Positions 23,681 to 37,704 of a stretch of 64,000 nucleotides of DNA are shown here, piece by piece; the stretch's first letter is position 1; the number at the start of each line of letters is the position of its first letter. This DNA comes from Mustelus asterias. Taxonomy: Eukaryota. The notes under the pieces were generated by a model. The model was not told the origin of the DNA and made no database searches. It was given only the letters and a program-made list of their open reading frames with translations. The DNA lies in assembly GCF_964213995.1 (NCBI RefSeq), contig NC_135806.1:139810001-139874000 (forward strand). Direction: 5' to 3'. The position numbers and the translations under genes are program-made.

Positions 23681-24064
23681 CGTATTCTAAAAATGGTTGG
23701 ACAATGAGAGTCGCAGATATTGTGAGTGTTGAGGAAGGGGGATCTGCTGTCCTGCCATGTATTTTCACCCACCCAGACACCAATCTCACAGTCACCGGCT
23801 CCGTGAAATGGTTCAACAGTTACCCAGAACATATCTTTCAGTGTACATATCCGGGTACAGACCATCCACAGGGTGAACTGTGTGAGAGTGGGAAACAGCG
23901 GGATGGGGGGAGTCAATTCAGATTTGTTGGGAACCTCAGCAACAACGATGGCTCGATAATGATGGAGCAGCTGAGCCAGGCGGAAAGTGATGGATATCAC
24001 TGCCAGGTGGACCTCAATGTTGGAAAATTTAAATCACCGAAAGAAACTATTCTGACAGTGAAAG
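23681..24064 (+). CDS. Ig V-set exon 1, Siglec-15-like domain
   Basis: Polypyrimidine tract + TACAG acceptor and G|GTGAGA donor, phase 1/1, 384 nt open. Translation WTMRVADIVSVEEGGSAVLPCIFTHP...WF...IFQC...GELC...QFRFVGNLSNNDGSI...YHCQVDL parallels Siglec-15 (WSMQVP..AVLPCTFTHP..VFRC..SELC..RFRLLGNP..YFCRVEF), including the extra Cys pair. Confidence 0.9.
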
Positions 24065-24529
24065 GTGAGAATCAATGTTCAAGGTTGTAACTGACCCTCT
24101 CGTTCAATGGGGGAAGACCCCTATCTGGTCTGGGAGATGATTTGATCTCCAAATGATGGGACAGATTTCCAAGCCCTGGTTGGATGACTTTTTAGTGCCC
24201 TGATTGACCAACTGAGCACAATGCTGAGATTAACTAATTAGGGATGCCATGGAGATGTTTTCACACGTGCATGGAATCAGGGAGTCAGAGTAGGAAAGAG
24301 GAGGGAGAACTTTTTGAATTCTTCAAGTAGGTGAGGGCAATGTACTTGCAGTGTACATGGACTTCAGTAAGGCTTTTGACAAGGTCCCACATGGGAGACT
24401 GATCAAGAAGGTAAGGTGGGAACCAGGGCAATTTGGCAAATTAGATCTAAAATTGGCTCAGTGGCAGGAGGCAAAGGATGTAGGTCAAAGGTTGTTTTTG
24501 TGACTCGAAGCCTGTGTACAGTATTTTAA

Positions 24530-24970
24530 AGTTTCAAGTTTATTTATTATTGTCACATTAACAGGGCGACACAGTAGCACAGCGGATAGCACTGCAACTT
24601 GGGGACCCGGGTTCAATTCCTGGCTTGGGTCACTGTCTGTGTGGAGTTTGCACATCCTGCCCGTGTCTGCGTGGGTTTCCTCCGGGTGCTCCAGTTTCCT
24701 CCCACATTCTGAAAGACGTGCTGGTTAGGGTGCATTGACCCGAACAGGCGCCGGATTATGGTGACGAGAGGAATTTCACAGTAACTTCATTACAGTGTTA
24801 ATATAAGCCCACTTGTGACTAATAAATAAATTAACTTAACAAGTAGGCTTACATTAACACTGCAATGAAGTTACTGTGAAAATCCCCTAATTGCCACACT
24901 CCAGCACCTGCTCGGTAACACTGAGGGAGAATTTAGCATGGCCAATGTACCGAACCAGCACGTCTTTCGG
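24530..24970. mobile_element. V-SINE (+, ~24565-24838) nested in the tail of another V-SINE (-)
   Basis: Outer tail tttattattgtcac...aagtaggcttacattaac is split by the inner copy. Confidence 0.75.
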
Positions 24971-25164
24971 TGCTGTTGTCTTGCTGTTTGTAGTGTACAT
25001 TAATGATCTAACAGGGTCTATAATTGCCTGTTTTCTCTCTACCTCCCTTTACTTATAGCACTAATACTGATCTCCTTTAGTTCCTACCTCTCACTAAACC
25101 CTGTGCTCCCCAGTATTTCTGGTATCTTATTTGTCTCCTCCTTTGTGAAGACAGAAACAAAGTA

Positions 25165-25505
25165 GAGAATCATAGAAACCCTACAGTGCAGAAAGAGGCC
25201 ATTTGGTCCATCGAGTCTGCACCGACCACAATCCCACCCAGGCCCCACCCCATATCCCTACATATTTTACCCGCTAATCCCTCTAATTTATGCATCTCAG
25301 GACACTAAGGGGCAATTTTAGCATGGCTAATCAACTTAACCCGCACATCTTTGGACTGTGGGAGGAAGCCGGAGCACCGGAGGAAACCCACGCAGACACG
25401 AGGAGAATGTGCAAACTCCACACAGACAGTGACCCAAGCCGGGAATCGAACCCAGGTCCCTGGAGCTGTGAAGCAGCAGTGCTAACTACTGTGCTACCGT
25501 GCCGA
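25165..25505 (-). mobile_element. HE1-type V-SINE
   Basis: Near-identical to 23118-23476. Confidence 0.9.
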
Positions 25506-25699
25506 CCACGTATGTATTTAGTTTGTCAGCCATTTCTTCATTCCCATTACAAATGCCCTTGTTTCTGACAGTAAGGGGCTTACATTTGTCGACATCAATC
25601 TTTTATTCTTTACAGAAACTTTTACAGTCATTTTTTATGTTATTACTCTCGTACTCTATTTTCCCCTTCTTAATCAATCCCTTCATCCTCCTTTACATC

Positions 25700-28600
25700 T
25701 TACATATAACAGTACAGCACAGAACAGGCCCTTCGGCCCACAATGTTGTGCCGAGCTTTATCTGAAACCAAGATCAAGCTATCCCACTCCCTATCATCCT
25801 GGTGTGCTCCATGTGCCTATCCAATAACCGCTTAAATGTTCCTAAAGTGTCTGACTCCACTATCACTGCAGGCAGTCCATTCCACACCCCAACCACTCTC
25901 TGCATAAAGAACCTACCTCTGATATCCTTCCTATATCTCCCACCATGAACCCTATAGTTATGCCCCCGAGTAATAGCTCCATCCACCCGAGGAAATAGTC
26001 TTTGAACATTCACTCTATCTATCCCCTGCATCATTTTATAAACCTCTATTAAGTCTCCCCTCAGCCTCCTCCGCTCCAGAGAGAACAGCCCTAACTCCCT
26101 CAACCTTTCCTCATAAGACCTACCCTCCAAACCAGGCAGCATCCTGGTAAATCTCCTCTGCACTCTTTCCAGCGCTTCCACATCCTTCTTATAGTGAGGT
26201 GACCAGAACTGCACACAATATTCCAAATGTGGTCTCACCAAGGTCCTGTACAGTTGCAGCATAACCCCACGGCTCTTTAAACTCCAACCCCCTGTTAATA
26301 AAAGCTAACACACTATAGGCCTTCTTCACAGCTCTATCCACTTGAGTGGCAACCTTTAGAGATCTGTGGATATGGACCCAAGATCTCTCTGTTCCTCCAC
26401 AGTCTTCAGAACCCTACCTTTGACCCTGTAATCCACATTTAAATTAGTCCTACCAAAATGAATCACCTCACATTTATCAGGGTTAAACTCCATTTGCCAT
26501 TTTTCAGCCCAGCTTTGCATCCTATCTATGTCTCTTTGCAGCCTACAACAGCCCTCCACCTCATCCACTACTCCACCAATCTTGGTGTCATCAGCAAATT
26601 TACTGATCCCCCTTCAGCCCCCTCCTCTAAGTCATTAATAAAAATCACAAAGAGCAGAGGACCAAGCACTGATCCCTGTGGCACTCCGCTAGCAACCTGC
26701 CTCCAATCCGAAAATTTTCCATCCACCACCACCCTCTGTCTTCGATCAGACAGCCAATTACCAATCGGCCAACTTTCCCTCTATCCCACACCTCCTCACT
26801 TTCATCATAAGCCGACCATGGGGGACCTTATCAAACGCCTTACTAAAATCCATGTATATGACATCAACTGCCCTACCTTCATCAACACACTTAGTTACCT
26901 CCTCAAAAAATTCTATCAAATTTGTGAGGCACGACTTGCCCTTCACGAATCCATGCTGACTATCCCGGATTAATCCGCATCTTTCTAAATGGTCATAAAT
27001 CCCATCCCTAAGGACCTTTTCCATCAATTTACCAACCACCGAAGTAAGACTAACCGGTCTATAATTACCAGGGTCATTTCTATTCCCTTTCTTAAACAGA
27101 GGAACAACATTCGCCATTCTCCAGTCCTCTGGCACCATCCCCGTGGACAGTGAGGACCCAAAGATCAAAGCCAAAGGCTCTGCAATCTCATCCCTTGCCT
27201 CCCAAAGAATCCTCGGATATATTTCATTAGGCCCAGGGGACTTATCGACCTTCAGTTTATTCAAAACTGCCAGGACATCCTCCCTCCGAACATCTATTTC
27301 CTCCAGCCTATTAGCCTGTAACACCTTCTCTTCCTCAAAAACATGGCCCCTCTCCTTGGTGAACACAAGAAAAGTATTCATTCATCACCTCGCCTATCTC
27401 TACTGACTCCATACACAAGTTCCCACTACTGTCCTTGACCGGCCCTAACCTCACTCTGGTCATTCTTTTATTCCTCACATAAGAGTAAAAAGCCTTGGGG
27501 TTTTCCTTGATTTTCCCGCCAAGGACTTCTCATGTCCCCTCCTAGCTCTCCTCAGCCCCTTTTTCAGCTCATTCCTTGCTAACTTGTAACCCTCAATCGA
27601 GCCATCTGAACCTTGTTTCCTCATCCCTACATAAGCTTCCCTCTTCCTTTTCACAAGACATTCCACCTCTTTCGTGAACCATGGTTCCCTCACTCGGCCA
27701 TTTCCTCCCTGCTTGACAGGGACATACCTATCAAGGACACACAGTATTTGTTCCTTGAAAAAGTTCCACTTTTCATTAGTTCCTTTCCCTGACAGTTTCT
27801 GTTCCCAACTTATGCCCCCTAATTCTTGCCTAATCGCATCATAATTACCTCTCCCCCAATTGTAAACCTTGCCCTGCCATACGGCCCTATCCCTCTCCAT
27901 TGCAATAACAAAAGACACGAATTGTGGTCACTATCTCCAAAGTGCTCTCCCACAACCAAATCTAACACTTGGCCTGGTTCATGTCCCAGTACCAAATCCA
28001 ATGTGGCCTCACCTCTTGTCGGCCTATCCACATATTGTGTCAGGAAACCCTCCTGCACACACTGCACAAAAACTGCCCCATCCGAACTATTCGACCTACA
28101 AAGGTTCCACTCAATATTTGGAAAGTTAAAGTCCCCCATGACAACTACCCTGTGACCCCCACACATATCCATAATCTGCTTAGCAATTTCTTCCTCCACA
28201 TCTCTATTACTATTTGGGGGCCTATAGTAAACTCCTAACAACGTGACTGCTCCTTTCCTATTTCTAACCTCAGCCCATATTACCTCAGTGTGCAGATCCC
28301 CTTCGAAGTGCCTTTCCGCAGCCGTTAAACTATCCTTGATTAACAATGCTACTCCTCCACCTCTTTTACCAGCTTCCCTACACTTACTGAAACATCTATA
28401 CCCCGGAACGTCCAACAACCATTCCTGTCCTTGTTCTACCCACGTCTCCGTAATGGCCACCACATCGTAGTCCCAAGTACCAATCCACGCCCCTAGTTCA
28501 TCTACCTTGTTCCGGATGCTCCTTGCATTGAAGTAGACACACTTCAAACCACCTTCCTGTCTACCTGTACCCACCCTTGACCCTGATACCTTCCCCAGTA

Positions 28601-29900
28601 CCTCACCACCCTCAACACTGACTTCTGGACTACAACTCCTTTTCCCAATCCCCTGACAAATTAGTTTAAACCCCCCTGAAGAGCCGTATCAAATTTCTCT
28701 CCCAGGATATTTGTGCCCCTCTGGTTCAGGTGCACCCCGTCCTGTTTGTACAGGTCCCACCTTCCCCAGAATGTGTTCCAATTATCCACGTATCTGAAAC
28801 CCTCCCTCCTACACCATCCCTGCAACCACATGTTTAACTGCACTCTCTCCCTGTTCCTCAACTCGCTATCACGTGGCACCGGTAACGTACCAGAGATGAC
28901 CACATGTTTTGTCTTGGCTCTCAGCTTCCAGCCCAGCTCCCGAAATTCCTGTTTTAAATCCCTGTCCCTTCTCTTACCTATGTCGTTGGTACCAATGTGT
29001 ACCACGACTTGTGACTGTTTCCCCTCCCCCTTAAGAATCCGGAAAACACGGTCCGAGACGTCACGGACCTTGGCATCCGGTAGGTAACATACCATCCGTG
29101 AGTCTCTTTTTCTGCCACAGAACCTCCTATCTATCCCTCTAACTAACGAGTCCCCAATAACTATTGCCCTCCCACTCTCCCCCTTACCCTCCCGAGCCAC
29201 AGAGACGAACACAGTGCTGGAGATCCTCTCACTGCGGCTCACCACTGGTATGTCGTCCCCCTCAACTGTATCCAAAGTGGAATACTTGTTGCTAAGGGGA
29301 ACGACCACAGGGGATCCCTGCACAGACTGCTTCCTCCCAGCCCCTCTCACCATCACCCATCTGTTTTCATTCCTCGGAGTAACTGTATCCCTAAAGCTTC
29401 TGTCTATGGCCACCTCTGCATCCCTAATGATCCTAAGTTCATCCAACTCTAGCTCCAGTTCCCTAACACGGTTTTGGAGGAGCTGCAGATGGGTGCACTT
29501 CCCACAGATGTAATCAGCAGGGACACTGTCGTCGTCCCTCACCTCAAACATAGTGCAAGAGGAACATAGCACTGCCTGCACACCCTTCCCCTCTAGATAC
29601 CTTGCCAGTACCAGGTAGAAACAGCAAAAATGAATTAAACTCACCCCTGCTCGCCCTGTCCCACAAGCCCTGTGAGCCAAAGCCCTTATAGCTCACACTC
29701 TGCTTCCCACAAGCCCTGTGAGCCAAAGCCCTTATAGCTCACACTCTGCTTCCCACACACTCCGCTGCCCGCTCCCGACGCTGCCCGCTGTATACTGCAG
29801 CCTACCTTTTATACTTCGCGCGCTTAAAAAACCCTTCCCAGATTCCTTAGCAGCCCACTTCCGGTTTTCACTTTAAACTTAAGAAAAATACTACTACAAA
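25700..29900 (-). mobile_element. Near full-length CR1/HER1-like LINE (5'UTR, ORF1, frameshifted ORF2, tail)
   Basis: ORF1 28661-~29590 with CxxC..CxxC, coiled coil and SGNH esterase (GDS, HIGTND, DGVH). ORF2 endonuclease-RT pieces 28574 to 25774. Confidence 0.95.
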
Positions 29901-29999
29901 AGTAAAGGCCAAAAAACACCACACACACTAACTGACTAAATAAATAAATAAATAATTCAATCAATCTCTCACCAGCACTCCTGCCTCCAATCACTCCCT

Positions 30000-31478
30000 C
30001 TCTGCTTGCTCCAGTGGAACAATTTGCTGAATTCTAAACTGCTTCCCTACCTCAGATCTGTTGTTTCTTCTGGCCAATGTGTATGCCTCTTCCTTGGATC
30101 CAATACTATCTCTAATTTCCCATGTAAGACATGGTTTGGCCACCTTTCCCATTTTACTTTTGTGCCAGACAGGAATAAACAATTGTTGCAGTTCACCCCA
30201 TACGCTCTTTGAATGTTTGCCATTGCCTATCCACTATCATCCCTTTAAATAACATTTCCTAATCCATCTTAGCGAACCTGCACCTCATTCCATCGTAGTA
30301 TCCTTTATTAAGATTCAGGACCCTCATCTCAGAATCAATTACCTCACTCTCCATTTTGATGAAAAATTCTACCATATTCTGGTCACAAGGAATCTTGCAT
30401 AACTAGATTATCAACTATTCCTTTCTCATTAGACAATACCCAGTCTAGGATGATCTGTTCTCTAGTTGGTCCCTCAACGTATTGCTCCAGAAAACCATCC
30501 TGTATACACTCCAAGAATGTCCCCTCTATGGTATTGTGACTAATTTGATTTGCCCAATCTATATGCAGATTAAAGTCATCTAAATTACAGATGTTCCTTT
30601 ATCACTTGCATCTCTGATTTCCTGTTTAATGTTATTCCCAACATTCCCACTACAGTTTGGGGGGCCTAGATGTCATCCCCACTAACATTTTTTTGCCCCT
30701 TAATGTTTCTTAGCTCTACCCATACAGATTCCATATGGTCAGAGCTAATATCTTTCCTCACTATTGTGTTAATTTCCTCTTTAACCGGCAATGCAACTCC
30801 ACTGCCTTTTCCTTCCTAAACACCGAGACCTCAGAGTTCAATTCCATGCCTGGTCACCCAGCAGCTGTGTTTCATAATTTTAACTATATCATACCCGTTT
30901 ATGCAATTAATTCATCCACTTTATTGAGAATGCTCCACGGATTCAGGTACAAAGCTTTAAGGCTTGCCTTTTTAACATTACTTGTTACATTCCCAATATT
31001 TTTCACTGTGACCATGTTTAATTCTGGCCCTTCGATTTCTTTGCCTATCACTTTTCTTATTCCCCTTTCTGTATTTTGTTCTTGTCCTTCATTCCCTCTC
31101 TTCAGACACCTTGCATAGATTGCCATTCTCCCCTGCCATTTCAGCTTAAACCCCAAACACTCGAGCAAATACTCACCCCTAGGACGTCAGGTGTAACCAG
31201 CCCAGTGTGTACTGGTCCCACCTCCCCCAGAACTGCTCCCAATGTCCCAGGGATCTGAAACCCTCCCCCCTCACACCATCTCTTCAGTCACGTATTCATC
31301 CGATATATCCTGCTATTTCTACTCTGACCAGCATGTGGCACTGGTAGTATTCCTGAAATCAGTACCTTTGTGGTCCTACTTTTCAACTTACTTCCTAACT
31401 CCCTATATAATGCTTTTAGGACTTCATTCTTTTTTCTACCTACATTGTTTTTACCAATGTGTATTATGACCACTGGCT
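30000..31478 (-). mobile_element. Older decayed CR1 (ORF1 end/endonuclease), continued at ~25010-25700
   Basis: LKALYLNPWSILNKVDELIA; HIGKNNVG..LKSRTTKVLISG. Confidence 0.7.
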
Positions 31479-32564
31479 AGATGGGAATATGAGGGGGTGG
31501 GTATGATCAGTAAGTTCACAGATGACACAGAATTAGAAATAGCAAGAGTCATAAAACAGGCCCCTCATAGTAGTTATACAATTGGACAGAGCATGAAACA
31601 AGAAACCATTGGGGTTTGTAGTACAGGCAATGCAATAATTGTGGGGGACATTAATTTTCATATAGACTGGGACAATCAAATTGGCAAGAGTAGTCTAGAT
31701 TGAAGGTGAGTTTGTGGAATGTTTTCTGAAGCTGCCTGTGGTGGAACCACCCACAGATAAAGCTATCTTAGATTTGGTATTGTGTAGTGAATCAGGATTA
31801 ATTAGTAATGCCATTGCAAAGAATCCACTGGGAAACAGCGATTGAATTCCAGTTTAAATTTGAAAGTGACATATCCCAAGCACAAACAAGAATCTTAAAC
31901 TTGAGCAAAACCCGTTATATAGGTATGAGGGGAGAACTGGCTAAATAGACTAAAAGGTTTGGCTGTAAATAAACAGTAGAAAACAGAAAGAATTCAAAAT
32001 GTTCAAAAGTATTTATTCTATTGAAAAAAAAACTTAGCAAGAAAGACCATAGCTCACTCAGAATGTTAGGGATAGTTTTAGATTAGAAAAGGAGGCTTCT
32101 AATATTGCAAAGAATCCTACAAGTCTGAGGATTAGGAATGTTTTAGAAACCAGCCAAGGGCAATCAAAAAGTTGACAAAAAGGGAAACGAATAGAATGTT
32201 AGAGTAAACTAGCCAGCTATATAAAAACAGATTGTAAGAGATTTTTATAAGTATATAAAAAGAAAGAGAATAACTGAAGTTAACTTTGGTCCATTAGAAT
32301 CAAAGACAGGTGAAATTAACATGAGAATGAGGAAATGATGGGGCATTAAACAAATATTTAGTATTATTCCAGAAATAGTCAGCAAACGTGGGGCTAAAAA
32401 GAGTGAGGGAATTAGGAAAATTAATGTCAAAGAGAAGTAGATCTGGAGAAACTTAAAAGATTAAATAGTGACAAATCCCAGGGGCCTGATGGCCCACTGC
32501 CTCAGACTTAAAGGCGATAACTGCAGAGATGAAGGATGTGCTTACTGGCTGTCGTTTTTCAAAA

Positions 32565-32800
32565 TTTGATTTGATTTATTATTGTCACGTATTAACGAAC
32601 AGTGAAAAGTATTGTTTCTTGCGTGCTATACAGACAAAACATACCGTTCATAGAGAAGGAAAGGAGAGAGCGCAGAATGTAGTGTTACAGTCATAGCTAG
32701 GGTGTAGAGAAAGATCAACTTAATGCAAGGTAAGTCCATTCAAAAATCTGACAGCAGCAGGGAAGAAGCTGTTCTTGAGTCGGTTGGTACGTGATCTCAG
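32565..32800 (-). mobile_element. Rex1/Babar 3' end
   Basis: Reverse complement of ~1080-1315. Confidence 0.85.
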
Positions 32801-33289
32801 AATTCATTAGCTTCAGAAAAATCTCATCAGATTTCAAGTCAGCAAATGTTACTTCATATTTCTAGAAAGGTGAGGGAGGAAATAGGGAAACACGGGCCAG
32901 TTAGTCTATATCAGTTCTTGGAAAAAAGCTGAAATCTATTATTAAGGAAGTATTGAGAATGCACTTGGAAAAACCTAATCTGATCAGCTGAGATCTAAGC
33001 TCTGCAGTCCTGCCACATTTAGTTCTGAATGGTGGCAAGCTATTAAATGGCTCCCTGGAGGAGGAGGCCCCACACAGACTGCAGTGGATTAAGAAGGCAG
33101 CTCACTACCACCTTCTCAAAGGCAATTAGCACAGGGGAATAAAAATGCTGATCTAGCCAGCAATGCCCATATCCCACGAAATAATAAAAAAAGAACAAGT
33201 CAACACAGTTTTTCTGAAGGGAAATGCTTTTTAACACATTTATTGGAGTTTTTTGAGAGTTAACTAGTAAGGGGGAACCCATAGATAAA

Positions 33290-34270
33290 GGTGCAATCTT
33301 GAGTCCACTCCCGCCATCCATGGAAATGCCAGTGGGGGACCAAGATAGGGAAGTTGCAGATCTTGCCAACAAGATCGCAATTTCGGATCTTCCCTGCCAC
33401 TCACTTAGTGATGTCATCAGGTTCGCGTCCACAAAGAGCGTGAATCTGATTTACATACATTTCAATACATTTGAATATTATTAAAATGACCCCTCGCCAG
33501 ATATTGACCTCCAGCCCCTGTATTTTCAAATCACACCAATGTAACGTCACGTCGGTGTGGTTTACAACAGGTTCACCCAGATGTGAATCTGTCATGGGGA
33601 TTCCCCCGGGGGTGTAAAGGTAAGTATAGCTCCCGGGGGGCGGGGGGGGCACATAGGCAGGCAGTGGCCTGGCAATTCCCCCTGGCACTGCCCATTGGCA
33701 CAGGTCAGCATTGCCAGGTTGGCACCATGGCCATGCTACCTTGGCAGTACCACTCTAGGAGCGCCACCCTGGCAACATCAACCAGCACTAAGGTACGGAC
33801 CGCAGTGGTAGCCTCAGGCGAGAGGGATTCATTTATATAAGTTGGTGGGCTAGAGCAGGCAGGGGAGCAGGAGATGCCAGCAATGGTCGTTTTGGAGTGG
33901 GCGGGGTGCCAGCTCTGACTGTGGGGTGGGCGGGGGAGGAGTGAAGATGAAGGGGCCGCTAATCGCAACTGGGGCTGGGGAGGTTTGAGTTGAATGTCGG
34001 CTCCAATGGGGATGGGGTGGAGAGAGGTGCCCTTGAAACCTCCGTGGTGAGCTGCGGGGTGAGCTTTAATGCTGTTCTAATGGGATCTCAGTGCAGACGG
34101 GCTTTGCTGGTGTGTTGAGGCTCCGTCCCCTTGCCTGACAACGCCCCCTTGATTTTTTTTGGCAGAGTGTCATAAGATCTGAAGAGAAACCAGCCTGTTT
34201 CTCTGGAGATAAACACGTCGGTTTTCTCACTGGAAACAAAACTGTGCCATTTTTTTGGAAGATTTCACCC
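33290..34270. mobile_element. ~1 kb non-autonomous DNA-transposon-like element (possibly PIF/Harbinger-derived)
   Basis: Imperfect terminal inverted repeats ggtgcaatctt / aagatttcacc; cleanly interrupts a CR1 RT; GC-rich interior. Confidence 0.6.
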
Positions 34271-34559
34271 ACAGTATATCTGGATTTCCAGAAGGTTTTC
34301 AACAAGGTGTCCCACAAAAGGTTAATATGCAAGACAAAGGCTCATGGAGTCAGATGTAATGTTTTAGCATGGATCGATTGTTTAATATATAGAGAGTGGG
34401 CATAAATAGGGCTTTTTCAAGTTGGCAGGCAGTGAATAGCGTTGTGCCAAAGGAATCAGAGCAGGGGCCTCAGGGCGTTCCGGTGGCACAGTGGCATTGT
34501 TGCCTCACAGCGCCAAAATTCCGGGTTCGATTCCAGCCTTGGGTGACTGTCTGTGGGGA

Positions 34560-37170
34560 AAGTAATGACTTTAACAAGGCCCACAGTGTGGACCTCTTAG
34601 AATACGAGCTCACAGATTAAGGCAGTAATGGCTTGTCCATTCAGGGAGCCCTGCATGTGTACATAATGTGGAGTGTCAGGGTTACTGGCACTCTGTGTTT
34701 ATGGTCTGTATGAAAAAGTACCTGGCTGAGTGTTGCTGACTATGTAAATAAATCTAAACTTGGTGAAGTGAGGAGTTTTTTCAGTGGCGACATGGTAAAA
34801 CATAACCCTGAAGGAATTCATGCTCAACAGTTGGCCTAAGTTGGGATAAGCCATTCTAATGCTTCAGGCCTTTGTTTGGAAGTTTACACTTGTTCAACCC
34901 TGTCAAGGACTGGGCCCAATATGTGGAACGCATGTGTTACTTTTTTTGGGCAAACGACATTATGGCAGACGAAAAACAACGGGTAATTCTCCTGACTGCC
35001 TGTGGGGCTTCAGTATTCGCTGTCTTTCGGAGTTTAACTTTCTCTGAGGCACCTTTCAAGAGTTGACTGAACCAGTTAGAGAATACTACGACCCCAAGCC
35101 ATCCCTAATTCTGAGATGTTATTGCTTTTACTCGGCAATCTGAGAGCCAGAGGAATCTGTCACGGGTTTCCTAACCAGGTTAAGATAACTAGCGGAAGCA
35201 TGTGAATTTGGTTTAACCCTTAACGAAGTGCTGAGGAACCATCTGGAATGCAGGATTAATAACGTAACTATTCAAAACCACCTATTAGCTGAAGCTCAAC
35301 TGGACTACAGCTGGCCTTATCATTGGGAAATGCTGCAAGTGGAGCACGAATTGCAAAGCACCCAGTAGAAGTGGACAGCCAGGCCAGTTCGACTGAGTTC
35401 GGGGATCACCACTTGAGTACAGATGATTACATAGCCTCACTCAGAAAGTATCCAGATACACATAACTCCAGGTCTACCCACAGCACAGCCTCAAAACAAA
35501 GCCAAACTTTGGCCAGTCACAAGTCCCTTCAGAATCTCACATTGTAATTGTTGTCGGTATGCAGAGTCGAAACAACAAAGGAGTGCTACAAGACCTAGAT
35601 TTAGAAAAACAACTCATAGGCTGGTATGCAGGAAAGTTCAGATCTCGGAAGGTCTGATTTAGAACAATTAAATTGCATATCGATGTCCAAGTCAGACCCA
35701 ATCAAGATAAATGTATGGTTAAATGGGCATCCAGTACTAATGGAGGTCGATACCAGTGCGGCCATATCAATGGTCAGAGAATCAATGTTCCATAAAATTT
35801 GCTCTGAACTCCAGCCCTTAACTTTACTCAATATTTCAGCAAGGCTGCGAAACTATACAGGGAAACCTTTGTGAATTGTGGGTACAACCTTAGTCACTCT
35901 TTCCTGTGAAAGGCAGCTGGTTCGGTTACCAGTGATTGTAGTGGAGGCTTCAGGGCCAAGCCTAATGGAACAAAATTAGTGGCGAGAGATCCACCTAGAT
36001 TGGCTCAACATTTTTAAGCTAGAGGATGGCCACCTTAGTGAAGTCCTGCTTAAATACCCTAAAGTTTTCCAGGAAGGTCTAGGGACCAAAAAAGGAGCCA
36101 AGGCGACCTTATGTTGACCAGGAAGCGATTCCACGATTTTGCAAGGTCTGCCCAGTACCAATTGCCTTGTAGGAAAAAGTTGAAGCAGAAATCTGAAGAC
36201 TGGAACATGAAGGGATCATCAAAGCAGTCCAATTTGCGGAATGGGCAGCACCAGTCATACCAATTTTGAAACCAGGTGGATCAGTCCGCTTTTGTGGGGA
36301 TTTTAAATAAATGGCAAACAGTTTCTCAAAGTTGGATAAATACCCAATCCCTCGGATCAAGGATTTATGCATGAAGTTTTCAAAACTTGATGCGAGTCAT
36401 GCTAACTTACAATTATAGGTAGATGAGGATTCCCAGAGATATTCATACTCATAAGAGTCTTTACCAATACACTAGACTGCCATTTGGAGTATTGTCAGCC
36501 TGCGCAATCTCCCAGAAAATGATGGAGAACATTTTACAAGGTCTACCTCAAGTTGCTCCTTATCTGGATGATATCCTCATAACAGGAAAAACATATAAGG
36601 AGCACCTGGAGAACCTTGAGGAAGTTCGAAATCAGTTTTCAAAGACAGGCATATGCCTAAGAAGAAAATGTGTATTCCAGATCTCCCAAGTGACCTATTG
36701 GTGCTACAGAGCAGACAAGTCTGGTCTGCGCCCCTTGGCGGACAAGGTGCAGGCATTCAAAGGTGTCCCGGCTCTCACATCCATCCAGGAGTTAAGATTA
36801 TTTCTGGGGTTGGTAACCTACTTTGGGAAATTTATACCCAACCATGCCTCCACCCTGGCTCCATTACACCAACTACTAAAAAAGGATCAGCCTGGGGAGT
36901 GGTCGTCCCGTCAATTCTTGGTTTTCAATAATGTAAAGCAATGTTCGTCGAATGTAATGACACATTATGATCCCAGGAAAGAACTATTACTGATTTGCGA
37001 CGTGTCCTCATATGACAACAGGGCGGTATTGGCACATAGGTGGCCAAACAGAGAGAAATGCCCAATTGTGTACGCTTCCAGGACCTTGGCTGTCGCGGAA
37101 CACAAATATGCCCACTTCAACAAAGAAGGGATGGTGGTGATAAATGATCTGAAAAAATTCCACCAGGACC
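34560..37170 (+). mobile_element. Decayed Gypsy (Mag-like) element: LTR remnant, gag, PR, RT, RNase H
   Basis: DWAQYVERM..ILLTACG; MEVDTSAAIS; RLPFG, YLDDIL; ICDVS..YASRTL. PBS-like tggcgac near 34785. Confidence 0.85.
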
Positions 37171-37704
37171 TATGTCAGAAGTGTTTAATCTACCAAGACA
37201 AAACTATCCTCGATTGTCATAAAAACCCATCTGGTTCGCTAATGTCATTTTGGGAAGGAAATCGATCTGCTTCCTTTCCTAGTCTGGTCACTTCCATTGA
37301 AAGAATAAAAAAAAGCCTCAACAGTTAAGAGAACGTAAATTAAAGATATACTTCTGAGAATAGCTGGAGCTAAGGAGAAGTCTCCAGGCAACAGCATTCT
37401 TACAGGTGGTCCCAACAGAAGAAAATAAGTTTAAGAATTATGTGTCTTACAAGAGAATTCTTGGGGGAATTAGGAAGTAATCCTGAGTGTATAATGTATA
37501 AAATTACAAACTATATTATTAAGTTAACAGTGCTTGTTTTATTCTTTTATGTAAAACAAAGTCACTTCTGTTAAAAGAAAACTGAAATCTTGCGGTTCCA
37601 TTGGTTGAAACAAGGTATTCAGATTTTTTAATATCTTAACATCCTCAAACCAGACGGCAACATCATCCAGACACTGATCATTCTGTTGTTTGACCTTTCC
37701 TCAG

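Larger units (their letters stand above)
31570..34470 (+). mobile_element. Decayed CR1 ORF2 with nested insertions
   Basis: IVGDINFHIDW; GEP-D...VYLDFQK split by the element at 33290-34270. Confidence 0.7.

Noticed and set aside
24052-24100. GACAGTG at the end of V1 as a RAG recombination signal, making the V exons rearranging Ig/TCR segments
   Set aside because: The heptamer lacks the CAC start, no nonamer lies at 12 or 23 bp, and both exons encode a complete G strand ending in a splice donor.
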